From: Phoronis australis
Lineage: Eukaryota; Animalia; Phoronida
Assembly: GCA_002633005.1 (NCBI GenBank)
Contig: NMRA01000076.1
Span: 680,564-744,563, forward strand
Reading direction: 5' to 3'
DNA: 64,000 bases
Made by a program: the position numbers and the translations under genes. Every line of letters starts with the position of its first letter. Position 1 is the first letter of the stretch. Below the pieces are notes generated by a model. The model was not told where the DNA came from. It worked only from the letters and a program-made list of their open reading frames with translations, and made no database searches. Positions 1 to 13,994 of the stretch are shown piece by piece.

Positions 1-270
1 TCTGGACAATTGGCCTATTGTATATTACAATACAACGTGTGCAGCAACCTACTAAAGACTTTGATTGCGACTTTTACAACATAAAGTAGAGTTTAGGAAC
101 CAACAGTACTATGCTGGTACAAAAAATGCTATAATCCAATATAGAGGGACTCCGTGTCTCCCTGAACTCGTCTTGTCCTGAGCTGTCATCTCTGTTACGG
201 TTCGCGAGAGCTCAGCTTGTAGCTCTCCGTCCCGGGGGTGATAGTAACATGTCGACTTTGCCCCCTTGTA

Positions 271-1181
271 CAGGGCCGTAGGAAACGGGGGGGGGGTGAG
301 CGTGGGGGCCCGTGCCCCCAAAATATTGCAGGCGTCAGGGTTAAACCATGGTAACCGGCATAAGCTTGGAGCCGGGAACAGTCGAGAAAAGAAAGACTAC
401 GAAGACGGATAAGAGAGAAAATTCAAGAGAACATTTGACAACTCAGTATCAGTGCATGGTTTACCCTTTGAGGTCCATGGCCAGGACATTGTTGTTAGGG
501 TATCCAAAACTTAATCATTCGCTTTCCATTCCTGTGCGTACTACACACACGGAGCACGTCATGACTGACGCACCCACGTTAAAAATAAGGTGTAACTCTG
601 CAGTGATCCACGGGAGCTGAATTTGAACTCCAGGCGTTGAAGTGTGTACATTTTTGGGACACAAGAAAGTGGATTACCGCCTGTGTTTCATCAAGGGATT
701 TTGAAACGGCCACAAAGGCACTGATACCAGGGAACACGGGACCTCACCTTTCCAAAAAAATCCTTCAAGGAATGGCCATGACAAAATGAACTTTTCCCGA
801 AACTTGATCATAATAAAACGAATCTTGACCAGAGGAATAGGCACGAGCTAAGCTGCCCTTCTCAAGTGAATCATAGCTGAGCTGACCAGCGGCTAGCTCT
901 AGTTCATCGAATCCACTGTTGGATCCCAGCTACCCGTCAGTGCACTGGCCCTAGACCCATTTTTACTCTCCGTGAAACTTTATTGGTTCACGGTTACTCA
1001 AATTCTGATGGCTGCATCTCAGGTATTACACCCCCCCAACCCATCTATGGCGGACTCGGGGGTCATTACAAATATGGTGACATCCAGAGAACGATAGGGG
1101 TGGGTGGCTATAGGAAGGAGGTGGGTTGGCGAAGTCGAATTGGTTTGTCCCCCCAATAATTTTTACCTTCCTACGGGCCTG
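271..1181. mobile_element. Non-autonomous DNA element with short CAG...CTG TIRs (hAT-like), in last intron of copy A
   Basis: Imperfect TIRs CAGGGCCGTAGGAA (271) and TTCCTACGGGCCTG (1181). Flanks on both sides match contiguous sequence in copy B's intron (~28455-28530), where the insert is absent. No clean TSD. Confidence 0.5.
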
Positions 1182-2390
1182 TTGCGCAGTTGTGCCGTGT
1201 TATAGTTCATACCCAGTTTTGGCATCTGGTCCTCCTGGATGTAGTGAACAGAACTGCGGTTCGCGATGAAGGCAATGAGGTTACAAGACTTCCAATGAGG
1301 TTACAAGACTTTCAATGCCATGAATGAGAAATAATGCAGTTGGTGAGAAAATATCTGCATGAGTTGATAAGAAAAGAGCGCTGTTCATAAGAACGTTTGT
1401 GATACCGTGAGGAGAGAAAATTGTCCATCTTGGAACTAGTAGAACCAATATTAATAATCATCGTTCATATTTTGACCATTTTCAACTCATTGCCGTTTCA
1501 TGCAAATCCTTTTAAATCCCATCATGTATATTATGCATGTTTATGCGACTACATGTATATGTATGTGGGTGTATATCGCGCCTCCATCTGATACTCGAAG
1601 TCCGGTGTCCAATGCTATATATCCTAAAGTCCTTTTACAACGTTAATGAGATTTGTCAATGTTTCTATGAAGCTGACGACAGATAGCGAAGAGTTTTGTG
1701 TTCCCTGGTGGCAACTTCAGATTTTTTACGTTTTACTCAGTGTCTTCGGAGTTCAAGGAGACAAAGAAGGCTTCCAATTTTTGACGGATTCAACGCACTC
1801 TGTGTCACCTAGTGGACATTTTCATTGTTTTCGAATCAGTTCTTGGCGTACACCTCTCTATCCGTCAAACTGCTCGAAGGATCATTCTGACAATTGGCAA
1901 TTGTATTCCTGTTGAGAAGATTGTGAGATACGTCGATTTGCAGGCTACTGTGGAGCAACCTAGTGGCAATGTTTCCGTTTTCGAACAGGTTTAGCATGTT
2001 CTGTGTCATTTAGCGGTCACGTTTATGATAGTAGTAAATATCTCTAAAAGCATACTGTTTGCGGTTTAGTCGTGGGCACATTTCAACACTTTGCGTTGCT
2101 CTTGTTTGTTTTAGATATAATATTATTATAACTTTTTATGGAGAACCATGGAAATATGTTGAACTGTACCCTCATAGCATGTATGCTCTAATTTAGTGTA
2201 TAGATTCGAGTATAGTATTTATTAATTTTATATCTTTGCGTGTGTACGCTCCTCGGGTCTACATGACCCTAACGAAAGTCACGAGATCAAATAAGATTAA
2301 AACTTTCCGTTACTATATGCATCGTGCCTGTGTAAAAAAACTTGAACCATCTTTTGTCTGTACCACTAACAATTGTTGCATTTCTCACAG

Positions 2391-2579
2391 GCCACGATGA
2401 AACCGTTTGGCACATACCGGGGCCCTTTACACATCAGTGATCCTTATCAATACCCTGGCAGGCAGTGTGATCAACTTACTACTACTACACTAGATGGCAG
2501 CAACGTCGGTGTGTCAGCCTTCGAGATCAACATTCTTACATCGGTGGTTTTGGCATGTTTGGTCGTTGTTTTAGCATAA
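2391..2579 (+). CDS. MOXD1: MOXD1/DBH-like monooxygenase copy A, terminal exon (rest of gene upstream of window)
   Basis: Acceptor tttctcacag|GCC; ATMKPFGTYRGPLHISDPYQYPGRQCDQ...LACLVVVLA*; nearly identical to copy B terminal exon 30008-30196; preceding intron homologous to ~28590-30007. Confidence 0.85.
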   Translation, partial: ATMKPFGTYRGPLHISDPYQYPGRQCDQLTTTTLDGSNVGVSAFEINILTSVVLACLVVVLA

Positions 2580-3381
2580 TCAGCGACATCTCTAATACCA
2601 TTTTCTGTCAGTGACTGCGCAAAAACTTTAACTGGATGCACTGTTTAATTCTAAAGCCATAAACAGAGAAAATGTATTAAAAATAATCTTAGGAACAAAA
2701 ATAGCATTAACCAAGATTGTCAGGAAGAAGCTAGCCAGGAACCTCTGGGTTACAAAGTGGGGCATATCGTATCACGGCGGAAAGACCTTGGCAGTCATGT
2801 AACGTTTGTCTCCTTGTTGATGGAACGACCTACCTATCCACGAGACCAGCTCCTAGCAGGGACTAGGGGATGTTCCGTTATTAAACGAAAGATGACCGTT
2901 CCAAAAAGCGCACATCGGTCATCTCAACAACAAACGTTTAATACAACGTTGATGGAGCTCGATACGACAACACCTCTATAAAGTGACTTTCCACCTATAT
3001 AGTGCTGGACAGGTGTTAATTTTTAGTACAGTACAAACACTAACGCAAAATTAGTCCTACAGTCTGTGTTTTCATATTTCTATCAACATAAAATCCATAT
3101 CACACAAATCACAACGCTACTTAAAACAAATTCCACGGCGTTTTCTTCAGTGGTTTGTTTGTTACCGAAACCTAAAATTGGAAATATGCTAAAATTTGAA
3201 CTGTGAACTAAAAGCAAAGTTTATCTGCTAATATCTCAAACACTGTTAACTCCAGCCATCTGCTATTTTAAATTGCGATTACACTGAAAACTACACCGAT
3301 GATAAGAACATAGTTGTAGGGCAACATGAAATCTAGTCAAGTACATCGAACAGATTAGAAACATTACCGAACACATAAAAG

Positions 3382-6210
3382 CTAATTACTAGGCAAAAAT
3401 GAAGACCACCTTGCCTTGAATCTCTCAGGAGCTAATTTATAATTGTCCATTTTTTCCAGGTTGTGGTAATCACATACCTCCTGTAAAAATGACTGAAAAT
3501 TGGGCTTAGCCTTTTGCAGTCTATGCCTATGTGAATGAAATTTCGCTAAGCAAATAATTAAGTTTACAACCGCCAATCTACAGGCTGGATCTCCAAACAA
3601 GACGGTATACATACTTAACTGCAGAGGGAAATCGCACCGATTTATCATCCATGTTTTTAAACATCTCCAAAAACTCTGAACAAGTGAATATTCCCAATAC
3701 AAAGGTAGAATTGTTTCTTCGTGTTGCTCACAGAAAGAACATAAAGACAATTTACTAACACCTATTTTCTTTAAGTAAGAGTTTGTACCAATAAGTCTGT
3801 GGTTGGTAGGAAATTGAAACTATCTGAGTCTGGCATCGGAAGTACAATGATAAATTATAGAATGAATTTTTTCCAAGACTGAGTATCACCGACCAAGTTA
3901 ATTTCTCTCCCCCACTTCAATTCCGCGACAGGTTTTACATACAATTTTGAAATGAATAATTGATAAATTTTCTCCGTCCCTTTGTTTTCCGAGGAGATTC
4001 CAAAAATATGTTCTGGAAAAAACGGTATCACAATAGTACTTTTTGTATCTCAGATGATTCCAGGAACGAAGTGTTGTACTTCGAATTCCACAAAAATGAC
4101 TAATACAAGGGCAAAATTGAAAAAGTGCACAAAAGGTATGATAATCATAAATATATCCTTTCTCTGGGTAGCGCATATTAGCCATTTGAAACCAGTCTTC
4201 CAAACAATTTGACTATTTTCTATACAAATTTTGGGGTTATACAACAAAGGTTGGTACAAAGTGTCATCTATATCACACAAATTGATGAATGCGTATAAAA
4301 TATAAAATTACCCTTCCAAAAATATTCTGAATACGATTAGCCACTTGAAAGAAAAAGCAAGACCCTAATTGAAAAGAAAAATTTATATCAGGAATAGTTT
4401 CACATAAGATATTTAGCCAAGGAGAAGTATTGTTATAATAATTTTTAAACAATCTCCGAACGCAAGTCAGTTTAATAGCTTTAATTTTACATGGCAGTTT
4501 AAACGAATCCTGTCCTGTAAGTTGACGGAGAAGGTAATTCCAAGGGATGTGAACTGTGAACTTGCCCATTTTAAATCTTTTTCACAGCAAAGTTGATCAC
4601 CACAACATATCTTGGAAACAATCCATATACAAACAGTTTTATCGATATTGGGTGTCAAACCAGAATATTTATCAAATTGATCCAGCAGGTTAAGTGATGA
4701 TTTTAAAGAGGTCTCTCAACCATCCAGAAAGAGGACCGTGTCGTTTGCATATTGCATTAATTTATACTCCAAAGAGCCTACTTTTATGCCCTTAACATTG
4801 TCACATTTCCTCAGCATAGATGCAATAATTTCGGCACACAACAAAAAGATAAGGTGACATGGGATCTCCTTGTTTGCAACCTCGGCAAATGCTAAAGTAG
4901 TTATACAGTACAGCCACTGAATTATTAGACTCCGTCCGGGCTACCTCACGCCTAGCCAGACCGGAGCTTAATCGGAACACAGGTGTGACAGAAATCAGTC
5001 ACGGTCGTCTCACGCTTACCTCCGGTTTAGTTAACGCTTACCTCACGCTTTCTTCCCGCCTTCCCTGCTTTTTGTATGCCTACAATGTACATGTACTTGT
5101 GTGTCTGCAATAAAGTTGATACTGTAGTTGTTACTAGTATACTTACTATTATAGTTACTATTAGTATTTCTTTAACCTGTAATATCATTAGTAGTAGCAG
5201 TAGTGGTATTATTATTTGATAGTCTTCGCACTACTCTTTTCTGCATGCATGCATGCTCGCATTTTACTGCCGTTTGTTAGATGATCTGGGCTTCTTGTTC
5301 ATATTTCATAGCTCCACTAGGCCTACGGTGTTTATCTGAATGCAAAGCTACTCATTATAATAAAACATAATCTAAACACGTATTCGTGTCACTTTCAGTG
5401 CTGTACATTTTGCCTCCATTGCTAGCGTACGTATACACGCATAACATAAACACTTCCTTAGTCGCAAAATTATTATTAAATTGTAAGCACTAACTTGAAC
5501 GAAACAATGATGATATATTTAGTCGTAATATACTTGTTCAAGACAAATAAACCCTCTTGGTAGTGTGTCCGGACAAACCTAAATTAAATCTTAAATGGTG
5601 TCCTAGTCAAATAGCGTACTAGTCAAGATGATTCTAGCGATGAGAAACGCCACTCAAAATACGATACAGTATTGTGTTCGCTAAACGAGTGAGGATAGCA
5701 ATTAAAAACTGTTCCAGCTGTAGACAAGGCAGGGAAACTCACGCATGGCTCAAGGCGGGCTCGCTCTTCGTTCACGCCTAACTCAAGGTAAGCTCCGGGT
5801 TCAGTCACGCTTAGGCTCACGCCAGCTGTCACGGTTGATTCACGCCTCACTCTCCGGTCTGTCTCCGGTTAAGCTCCGGTCTGGCTAGGCGTGAGGTAGC
5901 CTAATAATTCTAATAAGTCTAATAATTCAGTGGCTGTACTGTATGTAAAGCCATACTGAATGACCAAAAGTTGGACACTTTCATTGAGTATTGTAAACCA
6001 ACGAATAATATCGTCACCAAACTTGAAAGAGTGAAGAATTTTCTTAAGAAATCCCCAGGACACAGAATCAAAAGCTTTTTCGAAATCAATTAACACCAAA
6101 AGTCCGGGAATATCCTTAACCTGAGTATATTGTAAGATATACATGTAAATCACTCTGGTGTTCTCTTCGATAAAACGACCTTGGAGAAACCCAGTTTGAT
6201 TAGGATGCAT
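3382..6210 (-). mobile_element. 5'-truncated degenerate L1/Tx1-type LINE (RT plus C-terminal Cys/His domain)
   Basis: Minus-strand motifs QTGFLQGRFIEEN, LIDFEKAFDSVSW, RGCKQGDP, QYANDT (degenerate YADD), LLYNPKI, CSFCEQHEETIL...VQSFW; many frameshifts; interrupted by 4906-5941. Confidence 0.85.
4906..5941. mobile_element. Non-autonomous Tc1/mariner-type element (CAGT...ACTG, TA TSD) nested in the LINE
   Basis: TIRs CAGTACAGCCACTGAATTATTAGACT and AGTCTAATAATTCAGTGGCTGTACTG plus subterminal inverted GCTACCTCACGCCTAGCCAGACCGGAGCTTAA; TA at 4904-4905 and 5942-5943; removal restores RT frame QYGFTYNYFSICRGCKQGDP. Confidence 0.85.
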
Positions 6211-9200
6211 TGTAAAGGCTTATTTGATTTAGCAGTGGTACTCGTTCTAAAAATACAGCCATCAGAACCAAATATTAAGTACACCAATTCACAATTAAAA
6301 TGGGTTATGTAAAAACGTAAAATGTCATATATGTATTGCAAGCTGTAACTGAAACTTCAGTCACAATGATAAGGTAAATGGTGTCTTCAGCAGGTTGCAT
6401 AAAATGTCGTTTGAAATTAACTTTTGTTTTACTGAGCTGACCTCAACTTTTACCTCTGATTACAACGAAATTAATTATGTCCACTCATGGAAGAGTACAG
6501 AGTAACATTAGGCATGGAATGTGAGGCGATATGCAAGATATATGTTACAAGAAATCTTTCCACATGTGAAAGAACGTATTCGTAAGAATTATTATGTGTT
6601 AAACAATTTGATTTTGTCGTGCACGCCAGACAATTAGATATAAACGAACAATCTACTTTATTGAAAAAATAGGTGGAAAACTTTCACTGAAGGGAAACAT
6701 AACTGAATGGAAACAAAACAAATCTCTTCTTTTCTACCTAGGGTCTCGTCTTTCAATGCTTATACATTAGCACAAGCTACACGTAACCTTATCTATTAGC
6801 CTAGTATACAACTGCAATATGGTGTGCAACGACATTTTTGTAACAAAACATATAAGTTACGATATTGCAACAAGCATTAGAAGAAATAGTATTATTTGAA
6901 AACAGACATACATACCTTAACTTCCCCGTATTCTCTGTGAGCCTATACAATTTACATTATCTCCCTCTCATAGGTTGAACACATACCTTAACTATTAATA
7001 CAGTTTGCTGTTATGTAATTAATTTCTTATGGAGAGCTATGCAAACAGAAAAGTCCATTTCTTCAGATCATTGAGTAATTCAAGAAAGAGCCAAGGTTCC
7101 ACATCATGGAAATCAGCATGCGTTAGCTGGGTTAACTAACAAGCTTGCATCCGTGGAAGTATCCATTTCTGTTCCCGTTTTATGCAGATGAAACTGCATC
7201 AAACCTTCAAATATCAACAAACGAATGAGAACAGATGACAGCAATAGCGCAGTCTGTAGCACACCCTTGAGAAAGAGCACATCGCTCGATACGTGGGGGT
7301 ATCTTAATATATTTTAGTACCGACGCTCGTCATTTTAGTTTTACTAGTTTTACTATTTTATGTTTTTATTCGTCGGAAACTGCACGGCATTGCAACATCT
7401 ATTTCATTTCAATACTGCCCAGTTAGATTTCTTTCTCGGAGGAATCTAGAAAGTGAAATGAAAGAACGTCCATCTGTTGCAACTTGCAACTACGGCTTTA
7501 TAAATACCTTGATGTAAATGAAGACGGCGAGCACACACTGAACAAGATGGCAGCTATTATGGAAGAGCTTGCCGGGAAAGCTTTTCTCCAAAAGACTCAA
7601 ACAAAAATTAAAAGAACATATCGGACGCAACATATCTGTGTCGAGAAAGCTAAAAACAGTATCAATCTACACACTTTTGGACAAAGAGAACGGTAAACTG
7701 CGAGCTAATTTCAAGCGAATGGGCCTTAGTAAAACAACATCATAGAAATGGCAGCAATATTGATAGGAAATTAAATTATGTCCACTGTCCATGATTATTA
7801 AAAACATTTCAAAAATGAACAACCCTGACCAGGTAGTTCTCTTGTAATCCAAAATCCTTGCTTGCGTCATCAAAAGTTTCAAACCAGAAAATAACACAAT
7901 GCGTCGACGTACTGTCATAGGACACAGCATTATTCATTGCTTCCAATGTCAGCCCCTACAAACTTTCACTCGCACACAATTTATTTCTAACAATTCAGGA
8001 GTGATTAGAGAACAGAGAGATGTAAAAAATTGGAAGCTCGTTAAGAGAATGCTCTCGACATTGGTACAGAACAAACCGATGCACCCGAGAGGGTTGCTTT
8101 GATCCAAAATATGCCCATTACGGTTTGTTCAAACACTTGAAAATTCGATGCCTACAGCTTCTGAAGTAAATGAGCAGACATGGGCTTCTAAGTAGGGCGG
8201 TATTTGTATTTTGACATCTTATATAGTAAGTTTATATCACGTAGGCCAAATCATGTTTTCGTCTCCTAAAATTATAATTTTCTCTGTTTCAGTTTTTCGT
8301 TTTCCGCAATTTTGGATAATTTATTGGTTCAGCACTTAAATTGTAGAGCCAAACTGTCACCAATCTTTTAAATTGCTCTTAGCACAATCCGTACTCAATA
8401 ACATACAAGAAAAGTATAAGAATGTAGAAACTCTTCGCTGTTGGTCTTTAAATCATCATGACCTCGCTGTAAGGCCAACATCTTCCAAAAATTATAGTAA
8501 GCCCAATATTAACAATTTAAGTCACTCTGAGTTTTAGTTCAAGATAGGCAAATAAGTTTTACAGTATGCTTTAAGGAGGAGTGTCAGTTCCCCTTATTGA
8601 TATGCAAAAAACTAATTACGCAAAACCCTGGACTTGGGAATTTTTGTTGTCTACAGCTTCCAAGTGGATGACTATAGACGTGGTGAGAGCAGTGCTTGTG
8701 TTTTGACGTCTTACACACTAATAAGTTTACATCATGTAGTCTTGTTTACTTCGCCTAAACTCATCATTTTGTCGGTTTTATAACTTGCAAACTTTTTCTA
8801 TACTTTTGCCTGACGGCCATTTTATTTACAATCTTGTATACTTTATTGGTTAAATATTGAAATTTCAAACCAAACTGTCACCAATCTTTCAAACTGTACT
8901 TCACACAAATAATACATAATAAATCACAGAAAATAAAATATACAATTGTTTCACTCATGAACTCTAAATTGCCTTGACGTTGACCTTTCCATGAGATCCA
9001 AATCTTCTCAAGAATAATCTGGCTCTCAACAGTTTTTGCTGATTTTGGGCTTGAAAATATAGGTTTTGGCAACCCCAGCAGTTTGTTCGACAGGATGTAC
9101 AGAACCTGAAAATATGAATAGTACATAGGACTTCAAAAACCTTGCACAAAGACTATTGGTTAAAAAAGCGATTCCAATGTCAAATTTTCCATCTTTTAAG

Positions 9201-9819
9201 ACTAGCGAAAGTCCAGCTAGCTACTTAAAACGAGCACAAGTACACCAAATAATGATACAACCATGGTGTTGATGTCAGTCACGGTATTTTTAAGTGAAGG
9301 TCGCGCAGTTCATAGTCTGCTACAGAAATAAGGCTCTATAATTTTAAAAACGAATTTGAAATCTGTGAAAACAGAGATTCATGTGTATCATTGTTAAGCT
9401 AGCGAAACACTTAAGTTCGTGCACTCTATTTCTTGATACATGCGAACCCTCTAATCCGTGAAACGGATTATTTTGCAGTGGGGAATTTTGCAAATGAACT
9501 TACAAAAGCAAACAAACTACCTCATCGCGGCAGTTTTACTGGTCATTTTTGGGAATGGGTATTATCAGCAACTAAAGCACATAGTTTACTCTGAATACTG
9601 GACTGTACTTTAAAAAATGAACTATTGCGAAACAGCTGACGTTGCTCATTCGGGAAATTCACCGTTATTGTCACGCATGGCTACAAAAATAATAATATCA
9701 CCCAGGTAACGGTCTGATGAAAGAGACGTGTGACGCGTCATCATCACCCAGTTGGTCTAGGTTAATAGTTAGCATCCCGTGACTTTCCTTTTCAGTAAAG
9801 GCTTGCATGCCAAAGAAAG

Positions 9820-10101
9820 ATGCTCTCGGCACGTTGTTTCTTGGTCGTGGTGCTTTCCGTCAGTACAGGCAATGTGTACTGTATGCACCGTGCCGCAAGT
9901 GGAGAGATGTACACACACAAAGCAGTTTTGAGTGAAGACGCATACGAGGTGTTCTGGAAGTATGATTCGTCGAAAATCACATTCGAAGTAGAAGTCGCAA
10001 CAGCAGGATGGATTGGGTTTGGATTGTCACCAAACGGAGGAATGGCAGGATCGGATATAGTTATCGGGGGTGTGCATGATGACGGGGAGTCATATTTTAC
10101 G
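9820..10101 (+). CDS. MOXD1: MOXD1-like copy B exon 1 (signal peptide, DOMON N-part)
   Basis: MLSARCFLVVVLSVSTGNVYC signal-like peptide; FEVEVATAGWIGFGLSPNGGMAGSDIVIGGV DOMON motif; donor ACG|GTAGGC, phase 0. Confidence 0.92.
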
Positions 10102-11975
10102 GTAGGCAAAAAATCACAAAACAACAATTAAAATTCGTTTCATACTGTCAACGTTCCTGTAACATCTAGGCCACTCACCACACGAAAAATCAACGTCGAA
10201 TGTTTCCGTACCACGATAGAATTTTCAGTGTATTTACGACAATTAAAGAAATTCATAAGCTTTCTAGCCAGCCTTCCAAAATTTGACAACATCAATTCGA
10301 GCGGAGGTACCAATTCATCCAGTGTTGGTAGTTCTTCGGGTCCGAAGATGACGTAGGTTGTGTGTCTCATCGTCTATGTACACTAAGATGGCTCTGCAGT
10401 CCCAGTCTTGACGCGCAGAGTCGAGAACAGGTGGGGCATTGGAACTCCGTCGTGGTAACAGTGGTGGATGCTGCTGAGTGGCGTTTCTCTCGAGCATAAT
10501 TAGCATATTTTGTTATTTAAGTGAGAAGCACACGTTCAGCTACTACACCTGAGATCGCAACACTCTGTGGAAAAAAGCGTCGTGGACGGGTTGCTTTTAC
10601 TTTCGGAAACTGCTCGACAGCACTAATCTTTAATTGACTAAAAATGAATTATATGACCCAATCAGCAGTATTTAAATTGACGTAATAACTAAATGGCCGA
10701 CCCCAAACCGAATGAAATAACGGACGGTTTTATTTTTGGCACTTAGCCAAAAGAATTCTAGTTGAGTCTCTAGACCAATGCAGGTGTATATTCTTTCTTG
10801 CTAACATGACCTCAAAAAGTCGGTGGACTTGTGAAAAAATTCGACTACGAAAAATCTGTATTGAGGGTTTGGCGATTATTTTTATGTACAAGGCAAAACG
10901 CTTCTCTTTCAAGAATTGATACGGTGATGAAATCATCTCTAGTTGTTTATATTCTCAAAATCAAACATTCACCCGATACCAGCTTAAGTGGCACGGCAAC
11001 AATTTCCTCAACTTAGCTCGAAGGGATGCAGTTGGCTACACTGTTCAGTGGTTTACCCCGGGGGACAGTCGTCTGGGATTAGCTAACACTTTTGTACTAC
11101 GCCATTGATTTCTAGAAAATTAAGGAAAAGGTTAGAACTGAGTTGATAAAAGCACTCAATAAAAATTAACATAGCATTCGTTAGGCAAAAGATAAAATTT
11201 TGGAAATATAAATATGAGGCCTGCGCGTTTTAAGCCATGATGCATAGCTTCAGAATCGTGCCGGCGCAGATTGGACCAAGTGTTTCTGCTCTGACACTCC
11301 CCGCAAAGCATTACTCTAGCGTTGGCTTACGAAGTTAACATTCAAATGTTTTAAGGTAGGCTAATTATATCTGTCTAAGTACTCGCCTTCCATCCCAAAA
11401 CAGTTTTTGATTTGGACCACTCACCATTATGAAACTGGTCTCAAATTGCTCCTCAGTCACGGTTAAATTGGAGGCGATTTCAGGGCTTTGAAAGAAAGGT
11501 CGTTGTTGCTTGATACCAGACTCTTCAAACTGTTTTGTCACCATGTGTAATTTCAGGACCCGAGCATGGTCCCTAAGGATAACTAAGTGCTAGCTCTCTA
11601 AAAGCCCAGAAATCAATTGTCTTCTGAGCATGAAAATATTGATAGGCCTACCATTTCACCTTAATAACGAGTTTACAATGGCTTTAAACGTTTTAATGAC
11701 AAGTCGATGCGATGAAGTCGAGGTCAGTGTTTTGCGGAAGTTTGAAATAGTTGACTTAACGTTTGACACACTTTCATCACTTTTATTTATAAAATTATTG
11801 GTAAAAACCTTATCGGCAGGTGACCTGACACAACTGAAATCAAGCAGAAAGGCTACAAACCTTAGTGAGTAAGTAAGTTGATAAACAGGGTGTCCCGAAA
11901 TGTACGCTTATTAACACTTCAAACGAACAATCACTGCGCTGTTTATTGTGTTCCGTGGACCGCAAGACTGGCGTT

Positions 11976-12127
11976 CGTTCAGTAACGCTAGGACCTACGC
12001 TAGGACCTACGCTAGGACCTAGCTAAAATCTAGCCAAAGCCACGTGTTCTCATTTAAAATACACGGCAATACCTCACGTAATCCCGTGAAGTCTTGCTTT
12101 TTAGCGAGGTCCTAGCGTTACTAAACG
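11976..12127. mobile_element. ~150-bp MITE, copy 1
   Basis: TIR CGTTCAGTAACGCTAGGACCT and AGGTCCTAGCGTTACTAAACG; internal 13-bp ACGCTAGGACCTA repeats; second copy at 61602-61741. Confidence 0.75.
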
Positions 12128-13046
12128 GGGAGCTGCGTTGCACATCCGCCGAAAAATCTTTGCTGATAGCAAAGAAGCAGTGAATTAAGTCTTGCACTTT
12201 AACACTAGAGCCTCGCCAACCAATCACTACTTTAGCTCCCATTTGCTAGGATGCGCCAGTAAGCTCCTCGAGTATACTCGCCAATCACTCCCCCTTTTCA
12301 CTCTTGTGATTTTGCGAGATATAGTGAGATCTTCCATTTCTCGAATTAAACTAAGTTTTCTGAACGTTCCCAGGTTGATAAAAGAGATGATAACAATACT
12401 CAAGTCCGTAAACCAAACCAAATTCATTACTTATTAATTTAGGCGGAAGATTAGCTGTCTTTGCACTTTTTTGAGGTTTTCGAGTTGCCAGTAACAGTGC
12501 GCGGTAAAGTTTCGTTTGGCATACAGAGTACATGACAGCTCCAATTTAATTGGTTTGCTATGAGATCCGCCACTGTGCTTCAAGCTGAGCGTGTTCTGTC
12601 ATCGTTCTCCGGATTCACAGCGACGTTTGCACTGCACTCGTCTGATCGATCCTAGTGCTGAAGCCAAGCGATTTAGAAAGTTCCACCATGACTCTGTGAC
12701 TCAAAAAGAATTTATTATACATCTTAAATGGGTTAATGGCTTTTAGTATACCTGTTGCTAACCATCAAGCCCAGTTCGATACATTACTGAAGACTTGTGA
12801 GGAAGGTCCGCGGAGAGCCGCCTAATTCAGACATAAAAATGTGCGTTTGTGGAGGGTGCAGTAACAGCAAATTGACCAAAAAAAGAAACGTCGGTTGAGA
12901 AAAGAACATTTGGGGTTTTTGGTTTGTGAAATTGAGTTCTCGATGAAATGTGTGCGTGTGTGTGGGTGTGATGTGTCATTGGGGATTTCTGTTATTGTAC
13001 TGTACTGTTATGTGTTATTATTATTGCAATAAATGTTAAAAAAAAC

Positions 13047-13260
13047 TTGAACAAAACCGTCTCTGTGTTAAAATTTTCTAAAGACGGGACAGTTGCACAG
13101 AAATGGCATCGGTTTGTGAGCCGTTTGAAAGTGCGGAATGTCAGTGTGGGACATGCGATTCGGTCGGGAGTCAGCCTTTGTTCGGCACATTTCAAGGAAT
13201 CGTGTTTCCACCAACACAAAAGCGGAGTTACGATGAAGGACGTCCCACCTTGTACCAGCA
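13047..13260 (+). pseudogene. Degenerate THAP-domain fragment (transposon-derived)
   Basis: SVLKFSKDGTVAQKWHRFV...LCSAHFKESCF matches THAP FPKD..W..CSxHF pattern; N-terminal CxxxxC not clearly intact. Confidence 0.6.
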
Positions 13261-13994
13261 TTTGTAAATTTTATAAAAAAAACGAACAAACTGATCCCAT
13301 TCCAGGGCGAGCGATGCCAGGCCCTCATCCCCGGCTCAGATCGTGTGCTACGACACGTAGGCTTATGAATTGTGTTTAGACCGTGCTCATTCTACCAAGG
13401 CAATAGTGAATACGATTGACCCAGGTTTACCGTTGCCTTTGTTAGTGATTATTAAAGGAGAAAGCAATCTTTTTCACGTCATTTTAGTAAAAATACGGTT
13501 CTTTGATTATCCCAGACATATTTTTCAGTTACAACGGCTTCCCGTAATTTTATCAATTAGTCGTGCCTTATTCCGAAAGTGACCTTTAGGGGGTTAAGAA
13601 TTCTCCGCCATTTTGTTGTCATACATGTATAGTCTGACTGTGTGAGCTGTCGAGTCCGCAGTCACTATTTTACCTCGGTTGTGATAAGTTCAGTCGTCGT
13701 TTGCGTTCGTTTACGAGTCAGACAACACGCCGCGCGGTTGCTGCTTACTGGGTGTACTAATTATCGTCTAACGCACACTTTGGGTATGCCATTACATCGC
13801 ATTCTAAAGCATGACACGCTCCACCGTACTTGGCTCATTCGTGTGAAGAGCGCAGCGCTACTGTCCACGCAACGTACAAAGCAGTGTAGAATTACCGAGT
13901 GTGTGACCAGCATTTCTTGTCGTTGGATTACGAAAGTACGGTGGCCCGAAAGTATCATCGCTATTTTAGTTTATTAATTATTTTATTTTTCCTT

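Noticed and set aside
8195-8895. Two diverged ~200-bp direct repeats (~8200-8370 and ~8695-8890); segment ~9090-9210 resembles ~53398-53510
   Set aside because: Old dispersed repeat fragments with no definable ends or coding signal.
9731-9740. TGACGCGTCA palindrome upstream of copy B (CRE-like)
   Set aside because: Non-canonical spacing and not conserved upstream of C or D.
9792-10127. Conserved antisense ORFs at exon 1 of B, C and D
   Set aside because: Shadow ORFs of the conserved DOMON exon.
10730-12550. Possible decayed Penelope-like element on - (PADK, ALYIK..KPSI motifs)
   Set aside because: Motifs too short and scattered to support without a profile search.
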